Shown here: piece by piece, positions 36,173 through 48,180 of the stretch
Layout: every line of letters starts with the position of its first letter
Position numbering within the stretch: position 1 is the first letter of the stretch
Source: Octopus sinensis
Taxonomy: Eukaryota
Direction: 5' to 3'
Length of the DNA stretch: 64,000 nucleotides
Assembly: GCF_006345805.1 (NCBI RefSeq)
Contig: NC_043005.1
Coordinates: 70,494,001 to 70,558,000 of the forward strand
The notes under the pieces: generated by a model
What the model was told of the DNA's origin: nothing
What the model saw: only the letters and a program-made list of their open reading frames with translations
Database searches by the model: none
Made by a program: the position numbers and the translations under genes

Positions 36173-36567
36173 CTAGCAGTGTCGCCCGGCGTTGCTCGGG
36201 TTTGTAAGGGAAATAACTATATAAGCATTTTTAGAGATGTAAAGTATAATAGCCATCTCAATATGGCTAACCACAAAGGGGGGGTGTTACTGTAGCTTTT
36301 TACATTCTGAGATTTAATAAAACATTTTAGAGAGTTACTTCCCTTATATAAACCGAGCGAAAATGCATTAAAAATGCGGAAAAAATTATGGTAATTTTTT
36401 TTAAATCGTAAACTCATCGTAGACGTGCGCTAATACCCAGAAGGGCTCGATATGGATCACAACTATAAGATACCAGCTTTTGGTTACACTGCACCGCAAA
36501 ATGAGGGAGTAGTTAGGAATCTAAGTCGTAGGAGACAGACACACAACTTCACTTTTATATATAAAGA
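36173..36567 (-). mobile_element. Non-autonomous Helitron-like element, tandem unit 2
   Basis: Part of a 629-bp tandem duplication with unit 1. Confidence 0.72.
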
Positions 36568-36603
36568 TATATATATATATACACACATTCACATATATAT
36601 ACA

Positions 36604-36634
<31 letters not shown>

Positions 36635-36651
36635 CAGTGTATATATATATA

Positions 36652-36721
<70 letters not shown>

Positions 36722-36798
36722 GAGGGAATATTATTCATAACTTACAGGGAAAAATTCAATTTCGAAACACTAAATCAAATTTCACAAAATATAATATA

Positions 36799-37473
36799 CT
36801 AGCAGTATCGCCCGGCGTTGCTCGGGTTTGTAAGGGAAATAACTATATAAGAATTTTTAGAGAGTTATAGCAAAAAAAATAGCAACAAAATGCATTAAAA
36901 ATGGAATAAAAAATGATGGTAATTTTTTTTTAAATCGTTGACTCATCGTAGACATTTTTAGAGAGTTACTTCCCCTATATAATAGCGAAAAAATGCATTA
37001 AAATGGAAAAAATGATGGTAATTTTTTTTTTAAATCGTAGACTCATCGTAGACGCTTTCTTAGCCATTTCTGTTTTGGTGTCTTCAAGCCATGAAGTCGT
37101 TGTTCTAAAAGAACGCTGGTCTCCTTGACAACGCATTACGACGTTGATTTCCTTACATTCCCTTCCCCACAGCTTCACGAGGGATGGAAGAAGGGGGAGA
37201 AGCAAACAGGTGCAGGTGTGAGCGTGGATGCCAACTCCGCCGCCATCGACACACGAAAAAATATGCATTAAAATGGAATAAAAAATTATGTTAAATTATT
37301 TTTAAAATCGTAGACTCATCATAGACGCGCGCTAATACCCAGACGGGCTCGATATGAATCACGACTATAAGATACCCGAATTTGGTTAAACTGCACCGCA
37401 AAATGTTTGAGTTGTTAGGAATCTTAATCGAAGGGGACAGACACTCACACAACTACAGTTTTATATATAGAGA
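36799..37473 (-). mobile_element. Helitron-like element, longer variant with about 200 bp of extra internal sequence
   Basis: Same termini as the short copies, internal duplicated segments, extra block at about 37055-37255. Confidence 0.68.
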
Positions 37474-37665
37474 TATATATATAAAATTAGAAAAAAACAC
37501 CTTTTATCAATTCAAAATGAACAATTAAATTACAACATCTAGAAAATTACATATAATAGAAATATTAAATATAAAATAACAATAATATACCGATGATTAA
37601 GTAATGTGCAAAATAATAAATAAATCTTATATATCATGAATTGATAAAAGGTGGGGTTTTTTCTA

Positions 37666-37696
<31 letters not shown>

Positions 37697-37749
37697 GCAT
37701 AATTAAATCTCAGAATGAGATTGAAACAGTAATCGCTCGATGATGTAAT

Positions 37750-37827
37750 GTATAGAAGCCATCTTATCATGGCTAACCACATTGGGGATCCCCAATGTGG
37801 TTAGCCATGATAAGATGGCTTCTATAC
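37750..37827. repeat. Perfect 78-bp spacerless palindrome
   Basis: gtatagaagcc...attgggga|tccccaat...ggcttctatac. Confidence 0.95.
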
Positions 37828-38081
37828 TTTACATTATATATATATATATATATTTATTACACACATGTGAGTGAGAACACTTTGAGATATTTTTGGTATC
37901 TAACATAAGTCAGATACTGCGAGCGCTGCTTCTGATTGGTCAATCCATGGTGATGACCCGACGTCACGGTGACGGTACTACTTTTGTCATTCATAAGTGA
38001 CAACTAAACGTGAAGAATTTAGTTATTGGGTTAATAAAATATGGTCGTTTATTCGTGTGTAATAAATAAAATACCAACTCA

Positions 38082-38156
38082 TTCCCTATGGATACCGTAT
38101 TTATTACAACTCGTTTACAAGCCACTCGTTGTAATAAATACGGTATCCATAGGGAA
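38082..38156. repeat. Perfect 29-bp inverted repeat with a 17-nt loop
   Basis: ttccctatggataccgtatttattacaac / gttgtaataaatacggtatccatagggaa. Confidence 0.95.
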
Positions 38157-38674
38157 CTCGTTTGGTATTCTCTATATATATTCGGTCAAACTAATGCACC
38201 TGCTTGTTATTCCTGCACCTGTCTTCTTTTGTTGTTTTCTGTAAATATATCCTTTTATATATGTGTGCTGCAAGATTCTTGATGTGAAACCGTGCGTTGA
38301 AACAGATATTGTTGTATTTCCCCTCTTTTTGCCAAATAAACAGGCGCACTATATAATTCCCTTTTCATTCATTTATTACTGTTCTTATTCTAATTTATGT
38401 TTATCGTCCGGAAATCTTTCGTCACACCTCTGTTAACACTTCAGCGACACTTTCTGTCTTCGTGTGTACTCTTGCTCCGCTTTTATACATATACACACAT
38501 ACGCGAGTAAATATACGGGTAAAACCCTTGTGGTATGCTATATAAAGTTCGTATAAAGTCTTACTCAAAGAAGGTGCATTTCACACCTTGAATTGGTGAT
38601 AATGATTACACAACATCTCACCAATGAACAAGTGTAAAAATGTGTCCAAACAATTGTAATGTTTATAGATAATG

Positions 38675-38736
<62 letters not shown>

Positions 38737-38823
38737 TTCGAGACAAAACCACTATTTTGCAAAACAAACAAGGAAAGACTTGATCAATACATAAAAATTT
38801 TTTTAATGTAAAGAAATAAACCG

Positions 38824-38866
38824 CCACTACAATCGTTTCATGTCTTCAATGACATTCGTCAGGTGG
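38824..38866 (-). ncRNA. Minimal type-I hammerhead ribozyme motif (left arm)
   Basis: Exact reverse complement of 38924-38966. Confidence 0.7.
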
Positions 38867-38923
38867 ATTTTCGATCTCCTAATCTGTTTTAATTTAAATT
38901 AAACAGATTAGGAGATCAAATAT

Positions 38924-38966
38924 CCACCTGACGAATGTCATTGAAGACATGAAACGATTGTAGTGG
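38924..38966 (+). ncRNA. Minimal type-I hammerhead ribozyme motif (right arm)
   Basis: CCAC-CTGACGA-ATGTC(attgaa)GACAT-GAAAC(gatt)GTA-GTGG: complete core, helix II 5 bp, helix III 2 bp, GUA cleavage triplet, helix I 4 bp. Confidence 0.72.
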
Positions 38967-39838
38967 CGGTTTATTTCTTTAAATTTTTATGTATTGATTA
39001 AGTCTTTCCTTGTTTGTTTTGCAAAATAGTGGTTTTGTCTCGAATTAATATTATATAATATTTTACTATAAAATTGGATTTAATCCTAAATCTGGTTTTT
39101 TTTCCCTGTAAATTTGGATTTATTCCCTAATATTTATTATTATATATATATATATATATGTATGCATGTATGTATGTATGTATGTATGTATGTATGTATG
39201 TATGTATGTATGTATGTATGTATGTATGTGTGTGTGTATGTATATACTTACATATGTATGTATATACATATGCATATATGGGTACAGGACGTCACAGAAG
39301 GTAAACAACAGGAAATACGAAATACGAAAATATGGAATACGAACTTTTTTGCGAACAGCGAAAGAAACAATATTATCGATAATGCCCGAAATTGCGTTTG
39401 ACTCCTCTTTCTGATAACTGATGAAGAATTTGTGACCTTGTGTGTTTTTTGTTCACCTGTGCATTTAGTATGTGTTCGTTTGTTTATTTACAATATGTTT
39501 ACTTTTAATTATATATATATAGATATGTCATATTTTCCGTTTGTTGTCTTTTTATTTAATCCTGAAGATATTATTTATGTAACGCACGCACTCATTAATC
39601 TTTTACCTATATATATATATATGTGTGTGTGTATGTGTGCGTGTGTGTGTGTGAGTGTGCGCGCGCGTGTGTGTGTGTAGTTCAAATTTACAGAAAACAA
39701 ACGACGAAGACAGGTGAAAGAACAACAAGCAGAGTTTGAAGGTTTTTTAGTTATAGAAATCGACCCCAGGACTTACTCTTTGGAACCCTAGCACTTATTC
39801 TATCGGTTTCTTTTTCCAAAACGCTAAGCTACGGGGAC

Positions 39839-39877
<39 letters not shown>

Positions 39878-40321
39878 CGTAGGAGTGACTGTGTGACAAG
39901 AAGTTTGCTGCCTGGTCACTAGGTCAAATAGATTTGGACGATGGAAACTGAAAAAAGCCCGTCGTATATACGTGTTTGTGGGCCGGAGGGGGCTAGCTTC
40001 GTGCTTGTCCCAGACAACCGCTTGTTGCCTTCCTTTCCATCCCCGCAACTTAGAAGTTCGACGAAATTAACCGATAGAATATGTCGAATGACTGAGACAA
40101 GTAAATGTTTTTTAGATATATCGTAGTAATATCTAATGTAGTTGTGGTTTACGACCAGTCAGGACGTTACCATTGGTTTCACACTTTTTATACTCTTAGC
40201 AATATAGACTACTCCCACTACTAAGAACGTAAAAGGCGCGAAAGCAATGGTGACTCCTTGACAGGCCATACCAGCCACATAGTTTCGGGTTCATTCACAC
40301 TGCGTGGCACCTTAGAACCTA

Positions 40322-40478
40322 GGGTTGGATTCAAAATTCTACCAGGACACCTGATGAAGGCTGGAGAGTGAATCAGCCGAAATTTTGTGGTAGCAACAAA
40401 CAAGATGAGGACAAATATCCGTCCAATGTAAAAAATGTAAATATTGTACAGAATTCCTCATCTCTAAAATATAGAACA
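40322..40478 (+). mobile_element. Penelope-like terminal repeat fragment with a degenerate hammerhead motif
   Basis: GACAC-CTGATGA-aGGCTG...CAGCC-GAAA-ttttgtgg (40346-40390). Downstream sequence is homologous to the arms of the 44408-44906 palindrome. Confidence 0.6.
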
Positions 40479-40982
40479 ATTTATGATTGTTTCAAAAATT
40501 CCATGTTGACCTAATCTTGCATTGTGTTTTTAAACGACTCCACAATTAATGATGTAGTCATATCCGTTGTACAGATACCCTGTTCATAGAAATGATCCCT
40601 CGCAACTCTCTACAAAAAATAATATGCTTAAGTGTTTGTCTACCGCTTAAATATAGGACATTAATCAATGTTTATAGTGGACGGCACAGCGGTCACGTTT
40701 ATAAACATGATTGAAGATAAGTCAAAATGAATTTGTAGAAATAATTGTAAACTATGAAACAAAAATAATAACGCAAACTCCACTTTTCAGTGCTTATTAC
40801 TTCTGTAACCTCTCAGAGGAAACATGACTCCTCCTTCACTCCTCTCCACCCTTCATTTATGGTTTGAGAATAATTCTATAATTGTTATAAACTGGAATGG
40901 AACTTACTCTCATTCTGCTCACATCCATTCACCATTTAATGCTACTTGCTTTGCATCTTTTAGAGAGATAGATTAGATATAA

Positions 40983-41379
40983 CTAGCAGTATCGCCCGGC
41001 GTTGCTCGGGTTTCTAAGGGAAATAACTATATAAGCACTTTTAGAGAGTTATAGCCAAAAATTGGCAAAAAAATGCATTAAAAATGGAAAAAATGATGGT
41101 AAATTTTTTTTTAAATCGTTGACTCATCGTAGACATTTTTAGAGAGTTACTTCCCTTATATAATAGCAAAACAAATGCATTAAAATGGAAAAAAATGATG
41201 GTAAATTTTTTTTTAAATCGTAGACTCATCGTTGACGCGCGCTAATACCCAGAAGGGCTCGATATGAATCAAGACTATAAGATACCCGGTTTTGGTTAAA
41301 CTGCACCGCAAAATGTGGGAGTAGTTAGGAATCTAAATCGTAGGAGACAGACACACAACCTCTCTTTTAAATATAAAGA
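40983..41379 (-). mobile_element. Non-autonomous Helitron-like element
   Basis: Same termini and body as the 35.5-37.5 kb copies. Confidence 0.7.
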
Positions 41380-41449
41380 TAAACTCAAAGAGCAACTAGA
41401 AAGTGAAAGTAGCATCTAACTTAGGATGTCTAATAGATAGTGCTGGCAA

Positions 41450-41840
41450 TGGTGTTGGAGGTGGTAGATGTGGTTATCATGGCAGTGGTGGTGGTGGTGT
41501 AGTGGTGACAGTGGATGTGTATGATGGCAGCAATTATAGTGTTGGTGATTTTATAGAGGTGGTGGTGGTGGCGGCGGCAGTGGATGATAATGATAATGGT
41601 GATGATAGTAGTAGTAGCATTGATTATGTTAGGATATCTCATGGATGGTAGTGTTGAAGACATTGCAGAGTGTAGTGGTGGTGAAATTGGTGATTTTGAA
41701 TATGATGCTGGTATTGATCTTGGGGTTGTGGTTGCAGAAGATGGTTGTGGTGGTGGCATTGGAGGTTGTAGTAATGGTTGTAGTGGTAGTTGTGAAGATG
41801 ATTCTGATATTGATAGTCTTTGCATTGAGGTGGTGGCAGA
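41450..41840. repeat. GGT/GAT/AGT-rich low-complexity tract
   Basis: Degenerate trinucleotide runs that produce spurious ORFs on both strands. Confidence 0.75.
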
Positions 41841-42199
41841 GTCAGAGTAAATATTAAGAGCCCAGTTAACACAAGATTCTTAAATTTCGGAGATCATAAG
41901 ATAGAGAGCAAGAAGTTAAAAGTTCCAATACTGGCCCAATACCTACACCCCAATTCTTCAACTATTTTATAAGAAAGGGGTTAATGGCAGGATAGGGATT
42001 CAGCTTTAAAATAAATTGTATAACAAAATCTGGCCTTCAAACTGAAAAGATCCGGCCATTTTAATGCCGTTAAAGAAACCTGTATACATGAGCTAAAGAA
42101 AAATTTCCATGTGATACGCTAGATCTACTAAAAATAATTGTTTCCAGCATAGGCACATAAAAAAAGGGGCAAGCAGGCAATATCGTCTTCACGCTGGGC

Positions 42200-42640
42200 A
42201 AAATGTTTAAAATTCCGCCAAGGTCGATTTTACCGTTCATCTTTCAGGGGTCGATAGCATAAGTAGCTGTTGAACACTGGGATCGCTGTAATTGATTTCC
42301 TCCACTCTCCCGAAATTGCTGGCCTTGTACCAAAATGTGAAATCAATATAGGCACAAGCTGAGGTAAGGCGCTAGTCGAGTACATCGACCCCAATATTTC
42401 AATGCTATTATATTTTATCCAAAGCGCAGACCTGGCAGAAACGTTAGTACGCCGGGCGAAACGCTTACCTGTATTTCATCTGCTTTACGTTCTGAGTTCA
42501 AATTCCGTCGAGGTCGAATTTGCCTTTCATCCTTCCGGGGTCGATAAATTAAATACCAGTTGCGTACTGGGTTCGATCTAATCGACTATCTCACTCCCTC
42601 AAAATTCCGCGCCCTATGCCTAGAGTAAAAAAGATTATAT
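42200..42640 (+). mobile_element. Two SINE-1-related copies with a different 3' tail (42200-42345 partial, 42423-42640)
   Basis: Same head and body as family 1 (gagttcaaattcc...tttcatcct...gggtcgat), but the tail is ...aaattgctggccttgt-like. A similar copy lies at about 45385-45600. Confidence 0.65.
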
Positions 42641-44079
42641 TTTATCCACCTCGAATCGATGAAAAATACTGTCGACCTCAGTGGGCTGTGAAATAGGAAC
42701 GTCCAATCTGCTAAGACTAAAAATAACTACAGAAATAACTAAACTATATTACACATCCCTCCACCTCTTTTATCAAAAAGCTATTGTTTTTTCCAGAATA
42801 GTCTTCTTATTTGTTGAAGCACAGGAATCTTATAAAGGAAGAAAAATAAATAGGATTAAATTGCAAGCAGATGAAAACATAATTAAAACCACAGGACTTA
42901 CAAATATATGTATAACATACAGAAGTAACAATACGAGACACTGCACGAAGATAACGTAAAGTCAATAACTAAATACATTATGTAGAGTACTGTTAATTGA
43001 AACCACAATAAAATATTCCACATACACAAGTCCCACAGACCTACTGAATAATGTTGTCATGGATATACAAAACTACGAGGTGGTCATGTCTTGAATTATT
43101 TTGATCATATGTCTGATGATTCGGAATGAACCAGGTGTTGTATAATTTCAACAAAGGTTATTAATAAATAGAATTGCACAATGAATATCAATGATATTTA
43201 TTATTATTACTACAAATACTGTGATAAAATTTTCGAATAAGATTAATTAATAATGGAATCAATTATACGAATTTTAATTCCCATCACGAAAATAATAATG
43301 AAATGCAATTATTAGTTATCTCAGATTGTGAATAGGACAATACATGTTATCTAATACAACGCAAAAATACTCTTGCATCTATATATATATTTCAGTTGTT
43401 TGTTACTGATAAAATTCTATTAAAAGCGATTGAGATAATATAATGTCCAAGAAGATAAATCAAGAAAGTTTCTTTCATTTTGAATACATCAAACAAATCT
43501 ACTCTTTTTTAATTCTCTAAGACTTATGTAAAATACACAGACAATAAGAAGGCCTATCCATTGTTGGTGAACATGATGCTACAGAGGTCCATACATGCAT
43601 ACATAAATGCGTACATCGATAAGGTGTCCATAAATTATCTTTACAATTTCTATTGTATCATTGGTTGCACGCAACCGATAGAGCCCACCTGGAAGTGTTC
43701 TGATTTTTCTAATAAAACTTTATCTGCTTGCCTTATGCTTTCCAATAAACTCAACCGAGTTATTCTCATTTTCCATGTTTATAAATTTTTAAAACTCTAG
43801 AGATAATTTATGGACACTTTGTATAATCGAATGTGAGTCTTTAATTATACGTAATACTATGACCAAATCTGTTGCATAGAATCGAGACTAATTTGCATAT
43901 TCTTTATTTTTAATAGTAACGAGTCTAATCAACAAAACCTTGTCATAGATTCATTCGATATTGGGACATTTTTTGCATTGTTTTATTTATGCACAGACAG
44001 ACCATAATTCAAAAGTCATTCCTCATATTGTGCTGAAAGAGTTTAATGGTGTTTGGTTAAGTACCAGTTGCGCACTGGG

Positions 44080-44161
44080 GTCGATGTAATCGACTTAATC
44101 CTTTTGTCTGTCCTTGTTTGTCCTCTCTGTGTTTAGCCCCTTGTGGGTAGTAAAGAAATAG
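44080..44161 (+). mobile_element. SINE family 1, 3' half
   Basis: gtaccagttgcgcactggggtcgat...tttagccccttgtgggtagtaaagaaatag. Confidence 0.8.
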
Positions 44162-44407
44162 GTATTTGGATTTTGATACACCCTCGGTCTACTAAAAATG
44201 TATCATTGCTCTTCTTTACAGTAAAAATAAAGAGATGTCATCATTGTTAGCGCAATAACAACTATTACTTTATTGACCTTTCTGGTTCTAAACCTGCAGC
44301 GTCGTGACAAGGAGGACATTGTGTCTACTAGTTCATGCGCAGCTAATTTTCCCACTAAAGGGTATGAAATTTACAGTTCTATATTTAAGAGATGAGGAAT
44401 TATGTAC

Positions 44408-44530
44408 ATTATTTACATTCGACAGATATTTGTCCTCATCTTGTTTGTTGCTAACACAACGTTTCGGCCTTCTCCAGGTATCTTGGGGGAAATTTCGAAC
44501 CTGGGTTCTCATTCCTAAGGTATTTTTAGA

Positions 44531-44579
<49 letters not shown>

Positions 44580-44737
44580 GTTCAGGTCACTGCTTGAAAT
44601 CGAACTCGGTATCTTGTGGTTAGTAGTCCGCGCTCTTAACCACTACGCCATATGACCGTGGGCATATGGCGTAGTGGTTAAGAGCGCGGACTACTAACCA
44701 CAAGATACCGAGTTCGATTTCAAGCAGTGACCTGAAC

Positions 44738-44783
<46 letters not shown>

Positions 44784-44906
44784 TCTAAAAATACCTTAGG
44801 AATGAGAACCCAGGTTCGAAATTTCCCCCAAGATACCTGGAGAAGGCTGAAACGTTGTGTTAGCAACAAACAAGATGAGGACAAATATCCGTCAAATGTA
44901 AATAAT
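44408..44906. repeat. About 500-bp palindrome of a tRNA-headed composite element, head to head
   Basis: Arms of about 245 bp, 8-nt spacer accgtggg (44655-44662). The arms differ in (AAT)n length and a few substitutions. Confidence 0.92.
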
Positions 44907-45209
44907 CTAAATAATGTAAATAAAGTATGAAATTTGTAATAACGACACAGGTTCATTATATTTAGGACTACACAGCTTTCGCGCCTCCTTTTGCGATAAT
45001 GAGACGTAATTTGATGGAGATTTGTATTGTTTAATTTTTTTTTAATGAAACAACTGTGTAGATGCTACTTCGTAATCTAGTGTAGTATGCAAATGTCTTG
45101 TGTATACATGTGTCGCCGTACTAATTAATACAGGCTAGTAAAAACATAAAGCCTTCTCAACGAAGAGTACTTTTTATTGTGACAGCCAGATCCATAAAGG
45201 CAGATTATT

Positions 45210-45314
45210 ATAAAGGCACCACAATCCTCAGACACATATGTGACATGAAGGCACCACAATACTCAGACACATATGTGACATAAAGGCACCACAATACTCA
45301 GACACATATGTGAC
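45210..45314 (+). repeat. 35-bp minisatellite x3
   Basis: ataaaggcaccacaatactcagacacatatgtgac consensus. Confidence 0.92.
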
Positions 45315-46087
45315 AAAATATTAAAAGAGCGAGCATTTGTGGTAGCATATAGATATGTCCCAATACTATTATTCGATTGTCTCAAGGCGGTGAGCTGGCA
45401 GAATAGTTACCACGCCAAGCAACAGGCTTAACGACATTTTAGTCATTTTAAAGTTCTGAGTTCAAATTGCGCCGAGGACAACTTTAACTTTCATCATTTC
45501 GGGATACCAGTTGAGTACTGGCGTCGATGTAGTCGAGTATCTCCCTTCCCCGAACTTACTGGATTTGTGCCAAAATTTTAAATTATTATTCTACTGTGAC
45601 GATGTGTTAGATTGTAACGATTTTACCAATTATGAAATGAAACATAATAATGATTTCCCAATTTGGCGCAAGACAAGCAGTTTCGGGAAAGCGATGCACG
45701 ACATTGCATCAACATCTGTGTTTCACTGGTACTTTAGTTTTCGACTCCGGAAAGACAAAAGGCAAAGTCGAGCTCAGTAAAATTTGAACCCAAACCGTGA
45801 AGACGGTCGAAGTGCCGCTTAACATTTTGCCCGGCGTGCTAATGATTCTGCAAATTCGCCGCCTTAAATAGAAAGAAAATGCGGCATTTATACATGGGCC
45901 TTATATATATATATTCTACAATAGTGCCCTGTTTACCTGTAGAGGTTAAATGAACAGCGTCTAAATACAGTGGCTAAATGAGAATGATCCAGTTTCATGA
46001 CTAATAAACTAATAATAGTCGTAAAGCAACAGAGGAAGTGTTCACTTGAACTCGGTGTTCCAGCTTTTAGCACACTTGGATCTAGAA

Positions 46088-46415
46088 TCCGGGACCCCCT
46101 TCGGTCACGACACTGACCATGGGATTGCACCTAGAAAGTTAACCTCCCAGGCACAAGTCCGGGCAAGGTTGTTTATGGAAGACCAGCAGTTGCCCATGCA
46201 TACCGGCCTCCCCTCTCCACGCCACCAGTGTTATCCAAGGGAAAGGCAAGGGCCGATACAGCTTGGCACCCGTAACGTCGCAACTCATTTCTACAGCTGA
46301 GTGAACTGGAGCAACGTGAAATAAAGTTTCTTGCTCAAGAACACAACACGCAACCCGGTCCGGGATTCGAGCTCACAACCTCACAATCGTAAGCTCGACG
46401 CTCTAACCACTGAGC
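46088..46415 (-). mobile_element. tRNA-headed SINE family 3
   Basis: Minus-strand head ggctcagtggttagagcgtcgagcttacgattgtgaggttgtgagctcgaatcccgg, central ttcttgagcaagaaact. Paralogue at 55722-56048. Confidence 0.8.
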
Positions 46416-47946
46416 CTAGAAACCCTTGTATAAATCTATAAAGGTAGATAAAAGTCGTTTTCAAATAAACATTGCGTCAGTCTGTTGGTTAAATAGAAGC
46501 ATTCTTCTCTTCTGCTCACAGCTACATCGGTACCTAAAACAATTGCATAGAGAAAGTCAGTAAGGAGAAACAAATGGCAGATGTAGCAAGCATAAGAAAC
46601 TGAGGTCTGACAGCTACGGATGAACGAAAGAGAGAACTGTTCAAGTTCCTTCTCGAGCACCAGCTCAACTTATCTGGCAGCACTATTTAGGGATCGCTGT
46701 ACATACTCTAATCTGAGAAATAAAGGAAGAGTGAAACCTGCTCTTGCATCTTAGCTTAACCCGACTGGGGTTTGTTTCGCATTTCTGTGACCAAAATAAA
46801 TGAAGAAAATACATCAAAGTTATTTTTGTCACTTGGAAAGTCAGAATAATGTTGGATATAACAAATTCAGGAAGGTTCGAATTCAGTAGTTCGACAGGTA
46901 ATAGGAAATCGATGCTGTTTGGTATAGAACACTGATGTCCTGTCAAAACACGACTGAAAAGACAGAAAAGTTACAAAAAAAGAATTACATCTTCTGCTGG
47001 TCACAAAGAGTAGGTGCTATACAGAGCTAGTATTGGCCTTGCTATCTCAAACACCGTATCAATAAATTGCTATCGTTTCCTGTTGCTATATCCGACAGGG
47101 CGATGAAGACAGGATTAGCTCTGACAGAAAATCGAAGTATAACTGATTTTAGTGTCCATACTCCTATAATGACAAACGAGCAGAATAAGGAGCATTTCGT
47201 CGATTTACTACGTTATAACGTGAGTATTGTGGTAACAATTGACAAACCACTGGACCTCGGAGATTTCAATGCAAGAATGCAAATAAATTGTCAAACGTTG
47301 GATCGAACTTCATGTCATTTCAGAAAAGGTAATTATCAACTTCAACAGCAAAATTCTAAGCTGAAATATGCGCCAAGTATAACACTTTCTTCCTGCCTCT
47401 TGAAAAGTAATTTTCTCTCTGATAGTCTCCTCGCTCCAAATAACGGCATCGGTTGGAAAATGCATTGCACCTGCAAGAAAACATTGCAAATGTAAGATGA
47501 ACACGTGGCATAAGAAATGATTGTCTCACCTATCAAGAACTCATAAATGACAAAAGTGTTTAAAATAATCACGACTTTCCTTTTTCTCTAATAAAAGCAC
47601 TGCTCCTGCGATTGCGAAAATTACTCGAGACAATTCTTGAAAGAGTGAGCGTATTTTGTTGATCAAAGGACAACAATGATACAATTTTGCGACCAAATAA
47701 AGAAATTATGGAATCTCGAATCCAAACTTTATTATTAGATTCGTCTATTTTTCAAGAACATTCGAGAGTGTAAGAAGAAAGGGCGATCCATCACAACATC
47801 TGAATCTATCTCGTTAGAAATAGTACTGGTCAAATATCAAAATTCTTCACTAAACTGAGGGGGGAATTTACAGTTATGTTGGGTAAGGTGTTCGTGTGCC
47901 GGTTCCTCAAGTTTAATTTGATACGAATCTTTAATCTTTTTATATT

Positions 47947-48180
47947 TCTTATTTGTTTATTGCCCACAAGGGGCTAAACATAGAGGGGGCAAACAAGGAC
48001 AGACAAAGGAATTAAGTCTATTGTATCTACCCCAGTGCGTAACTGGTACTTAATTTATCGACCCCGAAAGGATGAAAGGCAAAGTCGACCTCGGCGGAAT
48101 TGAACTAAGAACGTAACGGCAGACGAAATACTGCTAAGCATTTCGCCTGGCGTGCTAATGTTTCTGCCAGCTCGCCGCCT
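47947..48180 (-). mobile_element. SINE family 1, full length
   Basis: Matches 34579-34810. Confidence 0.85.

Larger units (their letters stand above)
38724..39057. repeat. About 330-bp near-perfect palindrome (Penelope-like inverted terminal structure)
   Basis: Arms of about 165 bp, centre at 38895/38896, few substitutions and one short indel. Confidence 0.92.

Noticed and set aside
41403-41872. Gly/Val/Asp- or Pro/His-rich ORFs
   Set aside because: Products of degenerate trinucleotide repeats, open on both strands, with no splice or domain support.
44663-44735. tRNA-like heads here and at 46350-46415 and 58458-58530 as true tRNA genes
   Set aside because: A and B boxes are present but there is no complete cloverleaf or acceptor stem, and they run into repeat bodies, so they are SINE heads.
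45210-45314. 35-bp repeats as a CRISPR array
   Set aside because: Contiguous units with no spacers, in a eukaryotic context with no cas genes.
47067-47560. LDLGDFNARM endonuclease-like fragment
   Set aside because: Probably a very old RTE remnant, but too degenerate to delimit.
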